From a virus, in the IMG/VR virus record IMGVR_UViG_3300022602_000033: a DNA stretch of 64,000 bases; one strand, written 5' to 3'. The notes under the pieces are model-generated. The model worked only from the letters and a program-made list of their open reading frames with translations, was not told the DNA's origin and did not search any database. Each line of letters opens with the position of its first letter. Within the stretch, counting starts at the first letter, position 1. Of the stretch, positions 27,901-38,500 are shown one piece after another. The translations under genes and the position numbers were made by a program.

Positions 27901-29334
27901 TTAATCTCTTAATGCTGTAACAATATCTGCGCGAGTTGGCTCTGTCAATGACATGTTACTACTATTGAATCTATCAGCCAACCAATCAAAGTCATTTATC
28001 TTAGACAGCTGTGCTGATTTTTTTGCACGGTGGCATTCTAAATAATATTGAACACCGGCTCTTGCTCCCTGAGCACTGGCCGCTGCATATTCTGCAGTGC
28101 TATCTGCTGATAACCATACCAACAATCTGCTGAGGCTCTCCATCTGATCGCCGTTATACACGTTGTTGCAGAGCTTGACAGCTTCGCGAAATCCGCTGCG
28201 CCAAGTGCTGATCTCGTCACAGTTGTAGTTGGTGGTGGCTATGACATCTGGTATGATCTTGATGTTGCCCACCGTGGTGGTGAAATCTAACCAGTTGGAT
28301 TTGAACTCGCGAACCAATCTGGTTGGCCAAAGCTTGACTGCTCCCCATCCATAGCTTAGACCATTCACAGGGTTCCTGCTGTGCCACAGATGCAGATATT
28401 GCCTATCATGATCTGGTGGCCTATAACTGAAAGTAAAGCTATCGTCTGCTATAGTGTCAGCATCTACTGTCCAAAACATGCTAGTCTTGCTTAGTTCCGC
28501 GCAACGCATGTGTGCGTTGTGTATGCCCTTTATGCCACTGACATGCTGCGCTCGTGGGAATCTGTCATTGAGCATTTTGAAATTACTATCTGCATTTGAT
28601 TCACGATAGCTGATGAAGAATATGTCATAGGGCAGGGTATAAGATGCGAACTGATCCATCAGTTTCAGCGAGGCAAAACTGCCTTGCTGCAGTTCTTCTC
28701 CAGTTGGCTGATAGTTTCTTGGTATCAGATAAACCCCGGTGTGTATGCCTTCAGATGTTTTCCAAATGTGCACATAGTCTCGATCCCACAGCGGCGGACG
28801 CCAAGTGAAGTCCCAGTTTTCTGTCAACTTGACATCGTCCATGATCAGCCAATACATCTCCGTGGCACAGGAAGATCTAACGCTGTCGCATGCAGCCACA
28901 GCATCAGTATGTTGATCATAGGATGCTGTGATGACTTGGTATGATCTCATGACCTGTGTTGGTCCAGTCATGGTCTTATGCTTCAATAATGAATCAGTCT
29001 CTAGCTCCTCTGGTACCAGTCTGTACCGGTTGGGTATGAGGTAAATACCAGAGAATTCGTTCACAGGATTGCCCAGTTTATCAAACGTTGGCCAAATGTG
29101 TACGTAGGGCCTATCCCAGCTTTCAGCCTTCCATGCAAAATCAAAATCCCCTGCGATGTCCACATCGTCGGTGATCAACCACCGCATGCTGGTCATGCAC
29201 ATTTTAGCTGATTGATCTATTGCTGCGGTCAAGGTTTTGACATTGGGTAACCATTTAGCGCTGGGATAAGCTGCAGAGAATTTCTCAAACGCTGCACTAT
29301 GGTCATGCTTGCTGCAGAAAATAATGTCGTACAT
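27901..29334 (-). CDS. GT-A-like glycosyltransferase with three tandem repeats (family A)
   Basis: Three copies of Y.I...S...W.(I/V).(D/A)D.....F.W/Y....D..Y.H.W; only the last copy carries the C-terminal part. Confidence 0.65.
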   Translation of the reverse strand: MYDIIFCSKHDHSAAFEKFSAAYPSAKWLPNVKTLTAAIDQSAKMCMTSMRWLITDDVDIAGDFDFAWKAESWDRPYVHIWPTFDKLGNPVNEFSGIYLIPNRYRLVPEELETDSLLKHKTMTGPTQVMRSYQVITASYDQHTDAVAACDSVRSSCATEMYWLIMDDVKLTENWDFTWRPPLWDRDYVHIWKTSEGIHTGVYLIPRNYQPTGEELQQGSFASLKLMDQFASYTLPYDIFFISYRESNADSNFKMLNDRFPRAQHVSGIKGIHNAHMRCAELSKTSMFWTVDADTIADDSFTFSYRPPDHDRQYLHLWHSRNPVNGLSYGWGAVKLWPTRLVREFKSNWLDFTTTVGNIKIIPDVIATTNYNCDEISTWRSGFREAVKLCNNVYNGDQMESLSRLLVWLSADSTAEYAAASAQGARAGVQYYLECHRAKKSAQLSKINDFDWLADRFNSSNMSLTEPTRADIVTALRD

Positions 29335-30242
29335 CAGACAGCCGTTAGATGCCGTATCTGGTCATATCCAACCAATGGTCGCGGAGGATTGATATAGATT
29401 TTCTTGAAAAACCTGCTGTGCTCGGCATCGAGATCAGCAATGTCTATGCCAAGCCCTTGCCTCAGCTTGTCTCCCAACAGTCTGGATCCTTCCATTGGAT
29501 CGGTGTTTTTTACCAATTGCCATTTTTCTGCAAACCAGTCGTAGTTACTGATGTTGGTATGGTCATCCTCTGTGAGATTGCAGTCATACGCGCCCAATCT
29601 AGCACCATAGATGCTCCATACGCCATTTTCCACATCGGCGCCAACACTGCACCATATCAACAGCTTGTGAAGATTATAGATCCATATCTTTTTGGCAAAA
29701 TCCTGTGGTGAAACCTTGTTGCCGTTCTCTAGGCTCATCTTAACACCTTCGCGATAGCCACTGCGAAATGCTTGGTATGGACTACCGTTGATCATGCTGG
29801 TGCTGTAGGTCCCAAACACTTCATGGTATTTTGCGTTCCAACAGAAGTCCACTTTGCTGGCATCTGATGTGCTGTTTTCATGGCTGTTCATGCTGCGCAC
29901 GAACTGCTTGCTCCACAGCTTGAGTCCGCCGTTACCGTAGATCAATCCGTTGACATGATTCCTACCAGCCCAGGTCCAAGCATGATCATCCTGTCCTTCG
30001 CTGATGTTGATCTTAACGCTGAGGAACTGTTCAGATATCCGGTTATCTCCATCTACTGTGACAAAGAAATCAGTGTCAGCTGCATCAGCACAGGCCCTGT
30101 GCGCAGCATCAAATCCTTTCACACTGTGTACTCTCTTGGCCCAAGGTACTACATTTATCAACTCTGCATACAGTGTTTCTGCATTAGGCTCGTCGTAGCT
30201 GAGAAACACGAAATCAAATTCACTTATCTCACGTTGCATCAT
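29334..30242 (-). CDS. GT-A-like glycosyltransferase (paralog family A)
   Basis: FLSYDEPNA, AAH, TVDGDN, NGLIYGNGGLK and AFRSGYREGVK motifs. Confidence 0.65.
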   Translation of the reverse strand: MMQREISEFDFVFLSYDEPNAETLYAELINVVPWAKRVHSVKGFDAAHRACADAADTDFFVTVDGDNRISEQFLSVKINISEGQDDHAWTWAGRNHVNGLIYGNGGLKLWSKQFVRSMNSHENSTSDASKVDFCWNAKYHEVFGTYSTSMINGSPYQAFRSGYREGVKMSLENGNKVSPQDFAKKIWIYNLHKLLIWCSVGADVENGVWSIYGARLGAYDCNLTEDDHTNISNYDWFAEKWQLVKNTDPMEGSRLLGDKLRQGLGIDIADLDAEHSRFFKKIYINPPRPLVGYDQIRHLTAV

Positions 30243-30768
30243 ACCTCACATATATGCTGTAATCGCCTTTGACATCAACAGGTATAGTCAAGTCCAATGT
30301 CTGACCTGCGTCTGCTGCATAAGGATACAGATCTATCTTTTTAATGAGATAGTTTGGATCATTTCGCATGGTTATGTAGAACACTATGTTCTTGGCGCGA
30401 CCTACCACGTCAACCACAAATCCATTGTCATTGCGGTTTTTAATCACCACCGGGCTCATATTTCCATTTACTGAATCAAAGTATGAGCTCACGCCCAATT
30501 TTTCTGGATCAATGAGTTGCCAAAACTTCTTGAATGCCATCTGACGTTTCTTATAAGCAATGATCAGATTGTCGTGATTCTTGGTTAACTCGTACTCAAA
30601 CAATCTGCTCTTGCCGGACATGATATCCAATGCTGACTCGTAATTCATAGCAATTATACCGAGGTCAGAACCGTAATCAGCTTTTGGATTGAACCCAACA
30701 TGCCTGAGTTCTAGCGTATCTAAGTCGTACCATGCCCAGGCAGCTTTATCGTCCAAGTTTTCGCTCAT
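30229..30768 (-). CDS. Hypothetical protein
   Basis: Overlap-coupled within the operon. Confidence 0.65.
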   Translation of the reverse strand: MSENLDDKAAWAWYDLDTLELRHVGFNPKADYGSDLGIIAMNYESALDIMSGKSRLFEYELTKNHDNLIIAYKKRQMAFKKFWQLIDPEKLGVSSYFDSVNGNMSPVVIKNRNDNGFVVDVVGRAKNIVFYITMRNDPNYLIKKIDLYPYAADAGQTLDLTIPVDVKGDYSIYVRYDAT

Positions 30769-31624
30769 AGTATCCTATCATCTCATCTGTAATGAAATCT
30801 TTGACATGATAATGCAACGGAAAAAACTGTAGATAATTTCCTATCTTGCATTCAAGTTCTGGATTGAAGAAAATGCTGATGTGTTTCGTCCAATCTTCTG
30901 TGATATCAGATAAACCCCAACCCTGCAGATGTGTTTTCATGTGCGTGAACGTCGGTATTTGATTAGTTCTGTAGTATTTTTGATCTAAATCCAGCAGTTT
31001 TAATGCTACTGCAAATATCACATCTGTACTGGGATATTGCGGGCGGTGTTCAAGCTTTAATGTAGCACTAAACATCAACTGCCAATTGAAAAATATGTAT
31101 TTCACGAGATCAAAAAGTTCAAATGTATTTGGAGTTTTCTTGAAATACATGAATGCTGTATACACATCTGGCAGATTGTTCTCTGTGAAGGTTTTTCTAT
31201 AATAATCACTGGTAACCACATGAGATCTGTAGTCTATCACGCTGTTGCAGATAGCAAAATCATTCTGGCTTATTGTTTGCCACCACGGACCTATGTCATT
31301 GAAGAACAGCATGTCGCAATCCAGCTTGATGGTCTCGTTGTAGGGGCTCATGTGTATGGCCTTCCACTCATTTTCCAACTTCCACGCACTGTCTGCTGCG
31401 TGATCTCCCCACGGTGTTTCGATGATGTTGTCAAACGCCCATCTGTATTGTTCAGGCACTGTGGTACCAGGCGTCACACCTATTGTTAGATATGACACAT
31501 CTCTCTGGCTCTGTTTTAGGCTCAGGGCCAGTGCATACGCTAGACGTATGTAATCCGTATCATCTGTGTTCTGCGCGAACGTGAAAAATCCGCGCTGGCG
31601 ATTGTTGATATCAGCTGATGGCAT
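30746..31624 (-). CDS. GT-A glycosyltransferase-like protein (family B, GT8-like)
   Basis: AYALALSLK, SPYNETIKLDCDMLF (DxD), TDVIFAVA and FTHMK motifs. Confidence 0.7.
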   Translation of the reverse strand: MPSADINNRQRGFFTFAQNTDDTDYIRLAYALALSLKQSQRDVSYLTIGVTPGTTVPEQYRWAFDNIIETPWGDHAADSAWKLENEWKAIHMSPYNETIKLDCDMLFFNDIGPWWQTISQNDFAICNSVIDYRSHVVTSDYYRKTFTENNLPDVYTAFMYFKKTPNTFELFDLVKYIFFNWQLMFSATLKLEHRPQYPSTDVIFAVALKLLDLDQKYYRTNQIPTFTHMKTHLQGWGLSDITEDWTKHISIFFNPELECKIGNYLQFFPLHYHVKDFITDEMIGYYERKLGR

Positions 31625-32516
31625 AGGAGATTATCTCATCCTTGTGTCGCAATATAGCACGCTTGTTCATCATATGTATGTTGGTATCAACTGAGTGAAG
31701 ATGGAAATCACCCTGCGAAGGTTCGCTGGTAATCAGGCATCGACCATCTTTGAACTGGTGCAGCTCATCATCTTCCATGCTGAATCGTATGTGATCAACT
31801 GGTAACGAGCTTACCGTGCCATATTCCATGAGATTGTTGGCCATGTGTATGGCAATGCTCAAAGCATAGTCGTTGCGGAAATAACCGCTGTGCGAGAAGC
31901 GATAGAGATACTGGTAATATGCATAGTTCTCTTTGATGAAATTCATAAGGTCAAAGATCAGCTTGCTCTTTTCAGATTTACGGAAATACACAGCAGTGGC
32001 CCAATACAAGCTGATGCTCATCTCATTGAAACGATTGTTGAATCCAAAATTGTTGACCTTGTGATCTAGGTCAATGGTCTTGCGATTGCACATGAATTCT
32101 TCTCTGTTTCCCCATGCCAAATCCATGGTATTGTCCAACATTAGATAATCAGAATCCACAAGCACAGTCTCTTCAAATGGACTGAGATTGTAGACATTGG
32201 GTCTATTGGTATTGTTATACACGTCTGTGAAGCTGGTGTATCTAGTGTCGTGGAATCTACGAGTGGCATCAGTTGATGGCGTATCGTCTAAGATTATCCT
32301 ATCAAACGCCTTGCGTATCACAGAACTGCTGTAGAAGTGGTCCATATATGCTGCAGTGTCTTCGTCTGTGATCAGTGCTACTGCGTTCTCAGCAAGATGT
32401 TTCTTGATCAGCAGGGCGTTACAGATAGCTAAACCACTATAGTCTATGTTTGAATTATTGTGAGCATATATCACGTAACCACGAGGTAATGAGAAGCCAT
32501 CCGGATGCTCAATCAT
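31611..32516 (-). CDS. GT-A glycosyltransferase-like protein (family B, GT8-like)
   Basis: SPFEETVLVDSDYL (DxD), RNDYALSIA and IHMMNK motifs; paralog of the adjacent gene. Confidence 0.7.
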   Translation of the reverse strand: MIEHPDGFSLPRGYVIYAHNNSNIDYSGLAICNALLIKKHLAENAVALITDEDTAAYMDHFYSSSVIRKAFDRIILDDTPSTDATRRFHDTRYTSFTDVYNNTNRPNVYNLSPFEETVLVDSDYLMLDNTMDLAWGNREEFMCNRKTIDLDHKVNNFGFNNRFNEMSISLYWATAVYFRKSEKSKLIFDLMNFIKENYAYYQYLYRFSHSGYFRNDYALSIAIHMANNLMEYGTVSSLPVDHIRFSMEDDELHQFKDGRCLITSEPSQGDFHLHSVDTNIHMMNKRAILRHKDEIISYAIS

Positions 32517-32865
32517 CTACGAACTCATGGATGCTTTTGACCGACCGTGCGCTTCTCAGCTTGCTATATTCTGTGTGATAGTAATTGGTAGCTTCAAAAT
32601 ACTTGCTGACTATCTCATCTAGGAATGCTGGAAGATCATTGACTTCAATTGGATTACCATTCTCATCTATCAGGACCATGGTATTATAGTTTTTATCTAC
32701 CATGAGATTGACAAACGTGATAAGCTCTTTTGTTATCCTGAAGATCCCTCCGTTCTCAGCATGGATTAACATGTTGTTAACTTTTAGCTTGAGATCTTCT
32801 TTGTTGTTAAACAGCGCTATGCGATATTTGGAAAATTCAAGAGCTTTTTCTAGTCGCTCGTCCAT
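32509..32865 (-). CDS. Hypothetical phage protein
   Basis: Begins MDERLEKALEF; GGAG SD. Confidence 0.75.
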   Translation of the reverse strand: MDERLEKALEFSKYRIALFNNKEDLKLKVNNMLIHAENGGIFRITKELITFVNLMVDKNYNTMVLIDENGNPIEVNDLPAFLDEIVSKYFEATNYYHTEYSKLRSARSVKSIHEFVDD

Positions 32866-32874
32866 GTAGATCTC

Positions 32875-32918
32875 CAATCGTGTTATACGATTGTGCTAGA
32901 AACTAGAAGTTTAGTCAA
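32875..32918 (-). promoter_or_regulatory. Sigma70-type promoter plus a hairpin adjacent to the SD
   Basis: TTGACT-N17-CACAAT; hairpin CAATCGT-ATAAC-ACGATTG overlapping the GGAG SD. Confidence 0.55.
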
Positions 32919-32922
32919 CTTG

Positions 32923-33849
32923 TCAGAGTGGCGTAGTGGTGGTAAAGGTTGGACTTGCGATAGCCAGCACGCCGCCAGCCTTGTATTGATTTATCGCGCT
33001 GGTCGTGGTACCATCAACGTTTCCAGTGCCACCCGATGCGTCACTGAACGTGACTGTGCAGTTAATCAAACTGCCGTTTCCACCGTTGGCACCCACATAA
33101 TTGCCGCGGCTGACCTGTATGCTATAATAGATACCACTATATGGAGCATTAGCGCCATAATGTATGAAGGTCTGAACCAAAGAATCGGTTAAACCATAAT
33201 AACCAACGTTATTGGTAATAGTACCACCTGACCCTGTATAGGTTGTGGTATTAGAATCCATCTTGATAGTGCCCATGACCGAGAGCAATGCTGCCCAGGC
33301 TGCTGCGCTACCTGTGCTTCCGCCTGTGTTAGAACCACTCCAACGTATCTGTCCACCGCTGTTGAAGAAATATCTTGCTGCATTTTCACTGCCAAAATCT
33401 ACTGTGAACACATGGGTTATAGTGCCGTTCCATGGTGTGCCAATGCTGCTGGTCAGCACGCTGCTCACTGTCATCTGTGTAACATTAGCTAGCAAACGAT
33501 TGGTATCGAGAGTGGCTATGTTAGTCGGTATGCTTGATTGATAGGTGATTGTGCCACCACTGGCCACAGTTGGTTGTAGTGTGAGACCTGATCCCTGATG
33601 AGTGTTCAAAGTGCTCATGGCATTTAGCAGGTTATTCCATTGCACTGCAGTTATAGTATTACCTGCAGCAACGTCAGCTAATGTTGTAGATGTCTGTCCA
33701 TATCCGCGGTCTCCATAGCCAACACCGATCAGCGCAGCTACTTTATCAGTGGCTGCACCACTAGAGGCATAAGGCGCGTTAACAGCTGTGGTACCCACAA
33801 AGCCGTTGTAGTCAGCTGCCTGTATGGTCCCACCGACACTGTAAGTCAT
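32923..33849 (-). CDS. Virion structural protein (tail/baseplate-associated)
   Basis: T/G/S-rich; contains ARYFFNSGGQIR; lies in the structural operon. Confidence 0.7.
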   Translation of the reverse strand: MTYSVGGTIQAADYNGFVGTTAVNAPYASSGAATDKVAALIGVGYGDRGYGQTSTTLADVAAGNTITAVQWNNLLNAMSTLNTHQGSGLTLQPTVASGGTITYQSSIPTNIATLDTNRLLANVTQMTVSSVLTSSIGTPWNGTITHVFTVDFGSENAARYFFNSGGQIRWSGSNTGGSTGSAAAWAALLSVMGTIKMDSNTTTYTGSGGTITNNVGYYGLTDSLVQTFIHYGANAPYSGIYYSIQVSRGNYVGANGGNGSLINCTVTFSDASGGTGNVDGTTTSAINQYKAGGVLAIASPTFTTTTPL

Positions 33850-33850
33850 A

Positions 33851-34762
33851 TCAGGCGCGTCCTATCACTATTTCAACTAAACCGACTTCGTCAGTATGCT
33901 TGTCTGCCAAGGCGCGACCTATGATGCACAGAGGATTTTCTCCGCTGTCAGCGGCTCTGGCCACACCCTCAGTGTCGCTTGAAACCAATCTGCAACCTTT
34001 GCCAACTGGTCCAATTACCTTGCAGGGTGTGCGTCCAAGAAGAGCAACATATGGGTGCGTGGCGTCTGTACCAGCCTTGCTGTTCATCTGCAGTGCTGGT
34101 TTATCTGATATCACACCAAATACGAAAGTATCGCAGTCCACAGTGGTCTTGGTTATTTCAGCAGCACCGCCTAGAGTCACAACATCGCCAACTTCCATTT
34201 CAGAATCAGCAGCGTAGCGTTCTGCAACGTCTGCGTACTGCGCCTGTGTTGCTGTACCGTTAAACGTAGTAGCATATACTGTGTTGAATAGGTAGCTTGC
34301 ACTACCAAGATTATAGGTGTTATTCACAGCTGGCAAATTTGTTTGAGTAGTAGTAAATAGGTTGGTTGCACCTGTGATATTAGAAGCGATTATGTTGGTG
34401 GCATGCACAGTTCCAGTGTAGATGTTGTTGAACTGTAAGCCGTTGGTACCGAGATCATAGGTTAGATTGGCAGCAGGTGAATTGGTTTGATTGTCCTTGA
34501 ACAGCGCCGACCATGTGGTGCCTGTGTATACCTGCAGTTCGTTTGCGTTAGTGTTGTACCAAACCACGCCTTGCAGCAGAGGAGTTGGTGCCACAGATCC
34601 AGCAAAATGCTGCATGTCCCAGAGTTGATTCTGTAGAACAGGCGCACCGTAGTTGGTATAGCCCTTACCAGGAAACGCTATAGGTGCAGCACTGGTATTG
34701 AGCGCACCGTCTGCTACGCTGACCAGCAGCGATCCGTTAAATTGATAAATGTTCTCTGACAT
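33851..34762 (-). CDS. Tail fibre-like structural protein with a C-terminal chaperone/peptidase-like domain
   Basis: GKGYTNYG...FAG...P..GVVWY, then YADVAERY...GVISDKPA..MN...VALLGRTPCKV. Confidence 0.7.
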   Translation of the reverse strand: MSENIYQFNGSLLVSVADGALNTSAAPIAFPGKGYTNYGAPVLQNQLWDMQHFAGSVAPTPLLQGVVWYNTNANELQVYTGTTWSALFKDNQTNSPAANLTYDLGTNGLQFNNIYTGTVHATNIIASNITGATNLFTTTQTNLPAVNNTYNLGSASYLFNTVYATTFNGTATQAQYADVAERYAADSEMEVGDVVTLGGAAEITKTTVDCDTFVFGVISDKPALQMNSKAGTDATHPYVALLGRTPCKVIGPVGKGCRLVSSDTEGVARAADSGENPLCIIGRALADKHTDEVGLVEIVIGRA

Positions 34763-34803
34763 GTCGTTCACCTGTTATGATTAGCAGCATATTTAGCAGC
34801 TCA

Positions 34804-35400
34804 TTACACCGTCTGTATTCGAATGGTATAGACAATCTGAATCTGCCTGTTCAAGCTCTTCTGTACCGGACTGAAGATCACATGAGTGAGCAACCTTCCA
34901 GTGTTTGGTCCGTTCGCGCTGTAGGCTTTGAGACCTAGTTCATTGAAAACATATGTTCCTCCTATGTTAGTAGCTGTATCAAACGCATCCTGACCGGATG
35001 GTTGACCAAGATCTAACAAGCAGGTCACTATGACGTCTGTATACGTTGTGCCATCAACATGTGCAGTGCTGATGTAATTCTGTGTGGGATTTATATCCAA
35101 CGGGCTTTGATCATTGACAACTTGATAATAGGTCTGATTGTATAATTCTGCAGTTTGACCCACAACGTTTGGTGGGAGATAGGTTATGGTGCCAATCTCA
35201 CTGACTGTAGCAGCTCCGTTACCAAAACACATCTCTTGTATCCAACTGTCTGGACGATCTGCTATGGTACGTGCCAAACTGATGGAAAAATTCTCATAGT
35301 TGATAGCATTGGATTTATCAACCAATATCTCACCAGTGAGATGATCACGAATCAGCACATGACCTTTTATCCAGTGATTGCTCTTATCCACAATAGACAT
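34804..35400 (-). CDS. Virion structural protein
   Basis: FNELGL and LTHVIFSPVQKSLNR.I.I.YT motifs; baseplate operon. Confidence 0.7.
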   Translation of the reverse strand: MSIVDKSNHWIKGHVLIRDHLTGEILVDKSNAINYENFSISLARTIADRPDSWIQEMCFGNGAATVSEIGTITYLPPNVVGQTAELYNQTYYQVVNDQSPLDINPTQNYISTAHVDGTTYTDVIVTCLLDLGQPSGQDAFDTATNIGGTYVFNELGLKAYSANGPNTGRLLTHVIFSPVQKSLNRQIQIVYTIRIQTV

Positions 35401-35404
35401 CTTA

Positions 35405-35539
35405 TCAAGCTCTCGTGTTCACTAGGACCTGTCCGGTCTGTGCATCGCGTATCTGTAGGAATCCATAGATCATCACGGTACCGTCTTCATCTGGCAGTTT
35501 GGTCTCTGGTTGTTTGCTGTTTTGGTTCTGTTCAGGCAT
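35405..35539 (-). CDS. 44-aa microprotein missing from the ORF track
   Basis: MPEQNQNSKQPETKLPDEDGTVMIYGFLQIRDAQTGQVLVNTRA fills the intergenic gap; ATG is 5 nt after TAAATA. Confidence 0.7.
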   Translation of the reverse strand: MPEQNQNSKQPETKLPDEDGTVMIYGFLQIRDAQTGQVLVNTRA

Positions 35540-35547
35540 GATGTTAT

Positions 35548-38500
35548 TTATGTCCTGGTTCCCGGGTGGTCTAGCAGGAACTTGGCTAGACTAGTGTTGC
35601 TATACTGTAATCCTTTCGGTGCTGATATCCAATTATACCCGCCTTGGATTGTTTGTTCATTGCCTGCTGATATCACTGTGCTGCCAACTGGATGGCTTAC
35701 TGGACTAGACACCTGCACTTCCAATCTAGGACTTGCTAATCTCACATTGCGCCATCCTACAGCAGGTGGTGCTGTAAAGCTTACATAAGTTCCAGCTGGA
35801 TAACCAACTGGGTTATCAACTATTGCATAGGAACCAACTCCAGCATCTATAGCAGTATCAACTTCCACAACAGTTCCTACATTTACTACTACATTGCCAC
35901 CAGCAGGACGCCCGCCTGTAGCAGTGGGGAACAGAGTGGTTACTCCGTCGCCGTCATAGAATACAGTGTCATATAGAACACTGACATTGCCTATTGGCGT
36001 GTTAAACGAACCTCTGTTCAGCTGTTCGAGCAATCCTCTATTGGGGAATGTATTGGTTGGGACAGCATTGACCATCCAATAATCTATGCGCTCGTCGCCG
36101 ATCCATATCACACCAGGTTGTGTAGCTGTAGGTTTAGAAAGCACTGAGATATCTGCAACTTCTATGCTGTTGCTATACACAGTGACTTCTGACAATGTAA
36201 AAGTTTTGTTAGCATTGCTTATAACAGTGCTGGTTTGATAAGAATCGCTCATAATGGTGCGCCAAGCTATGGTAGGACGTGCTGGTAAACCACTCATGTA
36301 TTGTGCTGTGACTGTATCGCCAGGGTGTATCACAATATTATGAGCAAAAACTATTGCGGGAACCGTAACAGCCTGGGTATCCCATCCATACACATCCCAG
36401 GTATCTGTGTTCCAGCCGCCAAAGTACTCTAATTGATAATCGTACAATAATGTCTGCATTTGTCCATTTATCCACACCATCAACGTGCTGCCGTTATATG
36501 GATAATCTATTAGCACGTAGCTAGTGTCGCTGCTTCCGCTCCACGATTGTGTCCTAAATTTATAGCTCACATCTTGGCTATAGCTGATGAATTTCACCAC
36601 TTGTCCAGTTGACGGGTTAGGATCGAGCGGTGACCATCCATAGTAATTGTTCCACGCGCCTAAACCAAAACCTATCGGAGGATCAATAGGGAATTCAATG
36701 TTATTGTTGATTATCTGATAACCATATCCGTAGTTAGGGTCTACCAGTACCAAAGACACAACTGCTTGCGCAGAAGGTGGGGTGAAGAAGAGGACATTAT
36801 CACCACTAATGGTATAATCTGTCAAATATGTCTGGAGATAATTTCCAGCATATACCAAAAGATAGCCATAGTTAGCGGGTATGTAGCCAGCTAGGAAAGA
36901 ATTTGTAACGCCGTCGCCTAGATAGACATCCATGTTTGGACCACGGAGATACGAACCACCTAGAGATACAGTAGTACTCAGATATGGCGGTAGGGTACTG
37001 AATGGCAGGCTAGTAAGCTGGTAAACAAACACTCCGGTCTGCAGCAGTATCTCTTGATCTTGCACGATGCTGAAATCAGTGTTTTCAAACAATGCAATGC
37101 TCACAGTGCTGTTGGCAGGAGGAGCAGGTGTGATGGTTATTAACCTACCGTCTACCATGATATCACTGTTTGAACTGTTAAGAACTGTGCCGTTTTGGGT
37201 AACAAACAGCAGATTGGCATCGTTATTAGGTACTGCAGCTGATATCACAAAATCAGTGTTGCTGCCATCACCAGTAAAACTATCTTGACTGATCTGACTG
37301 TCATAGATGCTGTTGAATGTAGCACCGATTCCGTTGCCACTGGTGCTAGCTTGTGCCATTGGCTGAGCAGGATGCACACTATAGATGCCAGGACTGGTCA
37401 CTGTGATGGTATCAATGCCCCAATCAACAGCGATGTTAGCTCCGGACCCGTTACCAGATGTTTGGTAACCAAACGTGCCGGGCGTAAAAGTATATTGGCC
37501 AGGTTGCACGAGATTTACAGCTGTAATCGAACCGCTGAGAACTGAGACATTGGTTACTGTCAATTCCACAGCACTTGTATTCGAACTCTGATAATCGTTG
37601 GCTAAGATCAGTGTATCACCGACATTGTAACCAATTCCACCGGCAACTATAGCTACGTTCACAGCCTGTACTGTGACTACCTGCACTCTGGCTGGATCAT
37701 AATCTACGGTTTGACCACCTGCCAGCGTGATGGCATCTCCAGGCTGATAACCAGATCCAATCGTCACTGGTACGATGGTCTTCATCCCTGTGCCAGTACC
37801 ACCAGTTGATATTGTCAATATTTGCAAAGTAGCACCAGTTGGTGCATCTAAAAATACCAATGTATTGGTAGCCCAGTTTATCACATAATCATTGGCAATA
37901 CCATAATTCAAAATCTTACCATCAAGCTGTGCTATTACGCTAAACTGATCCATTGGCTGGATGCCCAGTGGGAAGTGATCGCGGTGGCCGTCTGGCTGAT
38001 AGATGCGCATGTAAATTAAAGGAGCGCCGCCGACTGCTTGCTGATATGTATCAATGCGTACACTGCTGGGTAGGTTAAACTTATAAAGCTCTTCTGGATG
38101 GTCGTTATCAACATACGGTTGCACGAAACGGTTACCGTCGTTTATGATATCTATTGCCCCAGTTGGTGCTGGCACAAACGTTGTACCAACATATAGCACA
38201 AATATGTTTGGTGCTGCATTACTGTTCGGTGCGTCATAGAATACCAAAGTGCTACCGCCCCATGTTGGTTGAAACAGTGCTCCGAATCCAACTCCGGTTG
38301 AATAAGGCGGATAAACCACCCCAACAGGTCCAGATGGGAACAGGTCATATGATCCGGTACTTTCTAAGATAACACTTAGTATTGATCCGTTGTTATCAAC
38401 ATCAGTTACTGTGATCACTGTTGGTGACACAGACGGAGCTATATCCAAATTAAGTGAATCACCTATGGCGTAACCAGATCCTCCTGCTGCTAAAAGCACA

